From an uncultured Leptospira sp. (lineage in GTDB: Bacteria > Spirochaetota > UBA4802 > JAGODF01), in the NCBI GenBank assembly GCA_964502925.1, contig CAZCYH010000015.1:6002-70001 (forward strand): a stretch of 64,000 bases of DNA, in the 5' to 3' direction. The position numbers and the translations under genes were made by a program. Below, in pieces: positions 58,514-64,000 of this stretch (its first letter is position 1; every line of letters begins with the position of its first letter). The notes under the pieces are model-generated. The model saw nothing but the letters and a program-made list of their open reading frames with translations, searched no databases and was not told the DNA's origin.

Positions 58514-58864
58514 ATGATGCTGCAGTGTACTGTTGATGAGCTCAATAATAATATCGCGATTATTCATATTTCAGGAGAGTTTCGCATCGAAATGATTGGC
58601 AAGGTGGAGGAGGTGTGGAATCGTGAGATAGCAAAAAAGCCCGTAGCCATTGCTTTCGACTGTCGCGATATGGAGTATATCGACTCGTCTTCCATCGGAA
58701 CGCTCGTTAAGTTTGTAAATGCGGCAACGAATAAAAAAGTCGAGTTTGTGCTCTTCGGCCTTAATCGCGAGGTGACAAAGATTTTTGAAACCGCACGGCT
58801 CACTCGATTTTTCGGGATAATGAGGGAAGACGAATTTAAAAGCAAATACCTCAAGGATAGATAA
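58514..58864 (+). CDS. STAS domain protein (anti-sigma factor antagonist-like)
   Basis: FDCRDMEYIDSSSIGTLV...IFETARL. Start after GGAGA; ORF track is over-extended to 58349. Confidence 0.85.
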   Translation: MMLQCTVDELNNNIAIIHISGEFRIEMIGKVEEVWNREIAKKPVAIAFDCRDMEYIDSSSIGTLVKFVNAATNKKVEFVLFGLNREVTKIFETARLTRFFGIMREDEFKSKYLKDR

Positions 58865-59127
58865 TTCATCCTGGATCTATATCACATGCGCCGTTTCCTC
58901 ATGTTATTATGCATATCTAAATAATTCAATTGTTGTCATAATCACAAACCGCATTATTCTTCTCAATGACATTGCATCAAGCGCTGAAGGAACGAAATCT
59001 AAAACAGATTTTTTGCAAAATTTCATGAAAAATTGTTGCCTTTGATGAAAATGTGTATATTATTAATAGGTTTTATGTCTGATGAAATATGGCAGTAGAG
59101 ATAGTTGCGTGTGTATGGAGTCTTGAA

Positions 59128-59451
59128 ATGCCGTCGAAAAGGGAAATAGAAGAGCTCACCAATGGAGAGGTACAGCTTGAGGAGCGTCACAAGCTTGATG
59201 AGCCGAAGCTTTACAGGGTATTCATTCTCAACGACCATTATACAACGATGGATTTTGTGGTGAAAGTGCTCATGGAAATATTCAACAAACCCGCTGCCGA
59301 GGCCACCATGCTCATGCTCGATGTACATCGTAAAGGCAGGGGTGTGTGCGGGGTGTACACGCTGGATATCGCGATGACGAAAGTGTCGCAGGTACATGCG
59401 CTTGCCAAACAGCACGGTTTTCCGCTGAAATGCACCTACGAGGAGGCATAA
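59128..59451 (+). CDS. clpS: Clp protease adaptor ClpS
   Basis: YRVFILNDHYTTMDFVV...MLDVHRKGRGVCGVY...FPLKC. Confidence 0.96.
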   Translation: MPSKREIEELTNGEVQLEERHKLDEPKLYRVFILNDHYTTMDFVVKVLMEIFNKPAAEATMLMLDVHRKGRGVCGVYTLDIAMTKVSQVHALAKQHGFPLKCTYEEA

Positions 59452-61725
59452 TTGACCATGCAGATAAATGAAGAATTGAACAATATAATGATGGCCGCCT
59501 ACAACGAGGCGCGCAAGCGTCACAATGAATATCTCACGCCGGAACATTTGCTCTATGCGTCGCTCTTTTCTGATTCAGGGAATGATATTATCCGCCACTG
59601 CGGTGGGGATATTGAAAGGCTCAAGCGGAATCTTGATGATTTTCTCAATACGCGCGTGCCGGTAGTGAAGGGCAAGGAACCGCAGCAGAGCGTGCAGTTT
59701 CAAAACATTTTAGAAAAAGCAATATGGCATACGGCGTCCGCTCAGAAGGAAGAGCTCGATATCGGCGATGTATATGTTTCCATGTTTGATGAAAAAGATT
59801 CGTATGCGTCATTTTTTCTGCAGAGGGAAGGCATTACCCGGCTTGATATCCTGAACTATATCTCGCATGGAATATCGGTCATCCCTGATGACGGAGAGAT
59901 GTTGCCGGGCGAAGCCGATGAATTTGAAGAAGAATTCCAGGATGAGGTTGCAAAAAAGCCTTCAAAAGGGGAAAAGTTTCTGGAAATGTTCACCACCGAA
60001 TTGGTGGCGAAAGCAAAGGCAGGGGAACTGGATCCTCTTATCGGACGCGAAGATATTTTAGAGCGCACCATGCAGGTGCTCTGCCGGAGGCTGAAAAATA
60101 ATCCCGTGCATGTGGGAGAACCCGGCGTGGGGAAGACCGCAATTACTGAAGGGCTGGCGCAACTGATTGCGAGGGGCGAAGTACCCGACCCGATAAAAAA
60201 ATCAAAGATTTACGCGCTCGACATGGGTGCGCTCCTTGCCGGCACAAAATACCGTGGCGATTTTGAAGAACGGCTGAAACGCGTGATACGGGAATTGAAG
60301 GCAATTCCCAACGCCATTCTTTTTATCGATGAAATCCATACCGTTGTGGGGACCGGGGCGGTATCCGGTGGTTCAATGGACGCGTCGAATATTCTCAAGC
60401 CCGCACTTGCGTCCGGGAAGATGCGCTGCATCGGTTCGACCACCTATGATGAATATCGCAAGTACTTTGAACGCGATAACGCGCTTTCAAGAAGATTTCA
60501 GAAAATAGAAGTGCCCGAGCCGAGCATCGAAGATACGCACAAAATTCTTCTGGGACTTAAAGATCGCTATGAGGAGTATCACGACGTGCGCTATACCGAT
60601 GAAGCGGTGCGGGCAGCAGCGGAACTTTCAGCTCGCTACATCAACGATAGGCATTTGCCCGATAAAGCGATTGATGTGCTCGACGAAGCTGGTTCGTATG
60701 CACGGATGAACAGGCCGAAAGAGAGCGGAATAATTGATATCACGGTGCGCGATATCGAACGGGTTGTGTCGAAAATATCGCGGGTTCCGGAAAAAAGTGT
60801 CAACTCCGACGAAGCGGACAAGCTACATGAGCTTGAAGCGGAACTCAAAACGCGGATTTTCGGCCAGGATGGTGCAATTGAACAGGTGGTGGCGGCAATC
60901 AAGCGCTCACGCGCGGGGTTTAATGAACCATCGAAACCCGTGGCATCCTTCCTCTTTGTGGGGCCTACGGGGGTGGGAAAGACGGAGCTTTCGCGTCAGC
61001 TTGCGCTCATCATGGGAGTGCCTCTCATTCGTTTTGATATGGGTGAATACCAGGAAAAGCATACGGTTGCGCGGCTCATCGGCGCGCCGCCGGGCTATGT
61101 GGGCTACGAAGAGGGCGGGCTTCTCACCGAAGCGATACGCAAAAATCCTCATTGTGTGCTTCTTCTTGATGAAATTGAGAAAGCGCATTCCGATATCTTC
61201 AATACGCTTCTTCAGGTGATGGATTATGCAACGCTTACTGATAATGCCGGCAAGAAAGCTGATTTCCGCAATGCCGTCATCATCATGACATCAAACGCGG
61301 GGGCGCGAGAAATTGGAAAGCAGCGCGTTGGTTTTTCCGGCGAGCGGATGATGAACGAAGATGCGCTCAATGAAGCAGTGAAAAGAATTTTTTCGCCGGA
61401 GTTCAGAAATCGGCTCGATGCGGTGGTGCGGTTCAATGGCCTCACCAGGGAGAATGTGCTGTCGATTGTGAGGAAAAATCTTTCAGAGTTTGCAGACCAG
61501 CTTAAGGAAAAGAACGTGGCACTTTCAGCGAGCGATGAAGCGGTACGCATCCTTGCGGAAGAAGGATATTCACCGGAATTCGGCGCGCGGGAGATTGCAC
61601 GCCTCATTCAGGAAAAGGTGAAAAAGCAATTCGTTGATGAAGTGCTCTTCGGAAAATTGAAAAATGGCGGAAAGGCGTTTGTTGATATTGCCGATGGTCA
61701 GATTGTAGTGGTAATCGATACATAA
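59452..61725 (+). CDS. clpA: ATP-dependent Clp protease ATPase ClpA
   Basis: N-domain HNEYLTPEHLL, two AAA modules (GEPGVGKT, GPTGVGKT) and VGF loop. No ClpB/ClpC middle domain. Directly after clpS. Confidence 0.96.
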   Translation: MTMQINEELNNIMMAAYNEARKRHNEYLTPEHLLYASLFSDSGNDIIRHCGGDIERLKRNLDDFLNTRVPVVKGKEPQQSVQFQNILEKAIWHTASAQKEELDIGDVYVSMFDEKDSYASFFLQREGITRLDILNYISHGISVIPDDGEMLPGEADEFEEEFQDEVAKKPSKGEKFLEMFTTELVAKAKAGELDPLIGREDILERTMQVLCRRLKNNPVHVGEPGVGKTAITEGLAQLIARGEVPDPIKKSKIYALDMGALLAGTKYRGDFEERLKRVIRELKAIPNAILFIDEIHTVVGTGAVSGGSMDASNILKPALASGKMRCIGSTTYDEYRKYFERDNALSRRFQKIEVPEPSIEDTHKILLGLKDRYEEYHDVRYTDEAVRAAAELSARYINDRHLPDKAIDVLDEAGSYARMNRPKESGIIDITVRDIERVVSKISRVPEKSVNSDEADKLHELEAELKTRIFGQDGAIEQVVAAIKRSRAGFNEPSKPVASFLFVGPTGVGKTELSRQLALIMGVPLIRFDMGEYQEKHTVARLIGAPPGYVGYEEGGLLTEAIRKNPHCVLLLDEIEKAHSDIFNTLLQVMDYATLTDNAGKKADFRNAVIIMTSNAGAREIGKQRVGFSGERMMNEDALNEAVKRIFSPEFRNRLDAVVRFNGLTRENVLSIVRKNLSEFADQLKEKNVALSASDEAVRILAEEGYSPEFGAREIARLIQEKVKKQFVDEVLFGKLKNGGKAFVDIADGQIVVVIDT

Positions 61726-61729
61726 CGAA

Positions 61730-62416
61730 ATGCCGGTTTTTCTTCTGGACAATAACTTACTATTTCCTCCGGTAGAATTGGCCATTGAAGGAGGAATACT
61801 TGCGGTGGGAGGGGACCTATCGCCGGAGAGGCTTTTGCTTGCCTATCGGGAAGGAATTTTCCCGTGGTATTCCGAGGGCGAACCTATCATCTGGTGGTCG
61901 CCGGATCCGCGATTTGTGTTATTTCCAGAAGAGTTGAAAGTGTCGAAAACGACACGGCAGGTCATCAATAGAAAAATTTTTGATATTACATTCGATAAAG
62001 ATTTCGAAGGTGTTATTTCAAGATGTGCGGCCGTGAAGCGCCGGAGGCAGAGAGGTACCTGGATTACCGCTGAAATGCGCAATGCGTACATTGAGCTTCA
62101 CCGGCTTGGCTATGCCCATTCGGTGGAAAGCTGGCGCGAGGGCAGGCTGGTGGGTGGATTATACGGAGTATCGCTCGGAAGTATTTTTTTCGGAGAGTCG
62201 ATGTTTACAATGGAAAGCAATGCGTCAAAGGTGGCGCTGGTGACGCTTGTGCGCGTATTACAATCAAAAGGATTCAAGCTGATTGACTCGCAGGTCTATA
62301 CTGAAAACATGGAACATTTCGGGGCCAGGGAAATACCGCGAACGCAATATATAATGATTTTGAAAGAATGCCTGCGCGATGAGACAATCAGGGGAAGCTG
62401 GAGCGGATTGCTTTGA
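61730..62416 (+). CDS. aat: Leucyl/phenylalanyl-tRNA--protein transferase
   Basis: GGDLSPERLLLAYREGIFPW, WWSPDPR, HSVE, GESMF, NASKVA. Confidence 0.96.
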   Translation: MPVFLLDNNLLFPPVELAIEGGILAVGGDLSPERLLLAYREGIFPWYSEGEPIIWWSPDPRFVLFPEELKVSKTTRQVINRKIFDITFDKDFEGVISRCAAVKRRRQRGTWITAEMRNAYIELHRLGYAHSVESWREGRLVGGLYGVSLGSIFFGESMFTMESNASKVALVTLVRVLQSKGFKLIDSQVYTENMEHFGAREIPRTQYIMILKECLRDETIRGSWSGLL

Positions 62417-63081
62417 CAAAACTTGCGTTTGATATCGACGGGACGATCTTCGATTGCGGAAATATCGTCGGTGATGCCTTTTCGGAAGGGGCTCGAACAT
62501 TCGCAGCTCGCTATGGTATTGCATTGCCGGACTATTCGAGCGAAGAAATCATGCGCGTGGTTGGTCTTCCTACAGATGAAATTTTCAGTATGCTCTATCC
62601 TTCCCTCAATACTCACCATCGCCACATACTTTTAAAAGAAAGTCAAAAAGCTCTTGCCACAATGGTGCGAAATGGCGGCGGCCGTTTGATTGAGGGAGTG
62701 TGCGAAACTCTCGACTCTCTATCAAAAAAAGGGTATCGCATCTGCGCAGCATCGAATGGCACGAAAGAGTATATTGAAGCGATCCTGAAGACGCATGATT
62801 TGTTTAAATACTTCGAGCCACTCGTGGTAATCGATGAAAAGCACGAAAATAAGTCGGCAATTGTACGGCAGTATATTCAGCAGTCGCCATTTGGTGATAG
62901 ATTTATTATGATCGGTGACCGTCAGTCGGATATCGATGCCGCGCGCGATAATGCAATTCCATTTATAGGTTGTGCCTTTGGCCATATGGGTTCATCGGAA
63001 ATTGAAAGAGAACGATGGATCGCGCGAAAATTTGAGGATATTCCTGCCCTCGTGCAAGAAATAGAAAATGCCGTAGTATAA
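62413..63081 (+). CDS. HAD family hydrolase
   Basis: FDIDGT, ASNG, K, IGDRQSDIDAA; TTG start overlapping the aat stop. Confidence 0.88.
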   Translation: MTKLAFDIDGTIFDCGNIVGDAFSEGARTFAARYGIALPDYSSEEIMRVVGLPTDEIFSMLYPSLNTHHRHILLKESQKALATMVRNGGGRLIEGVCETLDSLSKKGYRICAASNGTKEYIEAILKTHDLFKYFEPLVVIDEKHENKSAIVRQYIQQSPFGDRFIMIGDRQSDIDAARDNAIPFIGCAFGHMGSSEIERERWIARKFEDIPALVQEIENAVV

Positions 63082-63092
63082 TAAAAAAAATC

Positions 63093-64000
63093 ATGAAATG
63101 TACTCTGACACCACTGGCGGTCCTTGCTCTGACACTGGCGATATTCGCAGGGTGTCGTGCACAGATTACTCACCATGTGAGCAGGATGTATCTTGGCACA
63201 ATTGTAAATATTACTATCATTGCCGACTCCCACGAGCATGCCGCGCGTGCGGCAGAAGCGGCGTTTTCGGAAATCGCACGAATTGAAGCTCTGATGAGTC
63301 CGCGTTCAACTTCTGGCGATGTATATCGCATTAACCACCATGCTTCGCGCAAATCGGTCGCGGTGAGCGATGAAACATTCGAGCTTCTCTTGCGTGCGCA
63401 AGAGGTGTGGGCAAAAAGCGGTGGAGCGTTCGATATCACATTTGCATCAATTGCTTGCTTCTGGAATCTCGCTGATAGCAAATTCAAACCGCCGGCAGCA
63501 TCACTTCTTAAACGGCACATAACTAAGGTTGATAGCGCCAGGATGATTCTCAACCGTAAGAAAAAAACAGTGAAATTTACTCTTCCCGGGATGAAAATCG
63601 GACTTGGGGGAATCGCCAAGGGATATGCAATCTTGCGCGCGATAGAGGTGCTCAGAGCACAGGGAATACGGCATGCAATTGTTGAAGCGGGTGGCGACCT
63701 CATGGTTATCGGGGATAATAATAGCACTCCCTGGCGTGTGGGACTGCGCAATCCGAGAAGAGATGATATTCTGGCAGCACTATCTCTGCGAAGCGGTGAA
63801 ACGATTGCCACCAGCGGGGATTATGAACGATTCGCCATGTATCAGGGCATGCGGTATCATCATATCTTCGACCCCAAAACAGGTTTTCCTGCAAACCGAT
63901 GTATTTCGGTGTCAGTGTTGTGCGATGATCCCGTGAAAGCCGACGCATACGCTACCGCTTTCTTCGTGATGGGAAAGGAGCATGCGTTTCTTCTGGCAAA
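63093..64000 (+). CDS. apbE: FAD:protein FMN transferase (ApbE/Ftp) lipoprotein, 3' end outside window
   Basis: Not in the ORF track. Reading from ATG 63093 gives MKCTLTPLAVLALTLAIFAG-C lipobox, MYLGTIVNI, GAFDIT, LGGIAKGYA, VEAGGD, ATSGDYER, HHIFDPKTG, ADAYATA. Confidence 0.93.
   Translation, partial: MKCTLTPLAVLALTLAIFAGCRAQITHHVSRMYLGTIVNITIIADSHEHAARAAEAAFSEIARIEALMSPRSTSGDVYRINHHASRKSVAVSDETFELLLRAQEVWAKSGGAFDITFASIACFWNLADSKFKPPAASLLKRHITKVDSARMILNRKKKTVKFTLPGMKIGLGGIAKGYAILRAIEVLRAQGIRHAIVEAGGDLMVIGDNNSTPWRVGLRNPRRDDILAALSLRSGETIATSGDYERFAMYQGMRYHHIFDPKTGFPANRCISVSVLCDDPVKADAYATAFFVMGKEHAFLLA

Noticed and set aside
63098-63286. 62-aa Cys-rich ORF
   Set aside because: Out-of-frame overlap of the apbE gene that starts at 63093.
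1-64000. tRNA, rRNA, transposase, integrase or genomic island
   Set aside because: None recognised by eye. Composition looks fairly uniform apart from AT-rich intergenic gaps; tRNAscan-SE and a GC scan would be needed to exclude them formally.

Overview
Gene-dense, mostly housekeeping bacterial chromosome segment. It is most consistent with a Spirochaetota (Leptospirales-like) genome, inferred from a SpiroCoCo-type coiled-coil protein, a Cmk-S1 fusion, a 7TM-DISM chemoreceptor and recalled Leptospira-like gene order; no search was run. Order: thrS(3' end)-infC-rpmI-rplT; orphan OMP-like gene; zapB-like/zapA; ECF sigma plus PQQ beta-propeller membrane protein; cheW-cheA(CheC fusion)-cheB-cheY; scpA-scpB-pheA-aroF-tyrA-cmk/rpsA-TPR; rpmF-acpP-rnc-NUDIX-aroB-STAS; a second S1 protein; HEAT; 3'-5' exonuclease; acyltransferase-hydrolase fusion; NUDIX; a PAS/RsbW-like kinase split at an A9 tract; LamG; rpiB; PLD; dedA; lipoprotein; SpiroCoCo; smpB; a System I* ccmABCDEF cluster; DUF1564-like; histidine phosphatase; MCP; TetR; DUF2490; assorted enzymes; VWA-FHA; an N-degron cluster (bpt-clpS-clpA-aat); HAD; apbE (runs off the window). 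No tRNA, rRNA, CRISPR array, transposase or prophage was seen. The most interesting non-coding signal is a promoter-hairpin-terminator unit with a competing antiterminator upstream of the MCP (candidate riboswitch or sRNA), next to a perfect 14-bp operator-like palindrome. Also seen: two copies of a MITE/REP-like element, an ATA start for infC, and an internally deleted metallo-hydrolase remnant that the ORF track misses.
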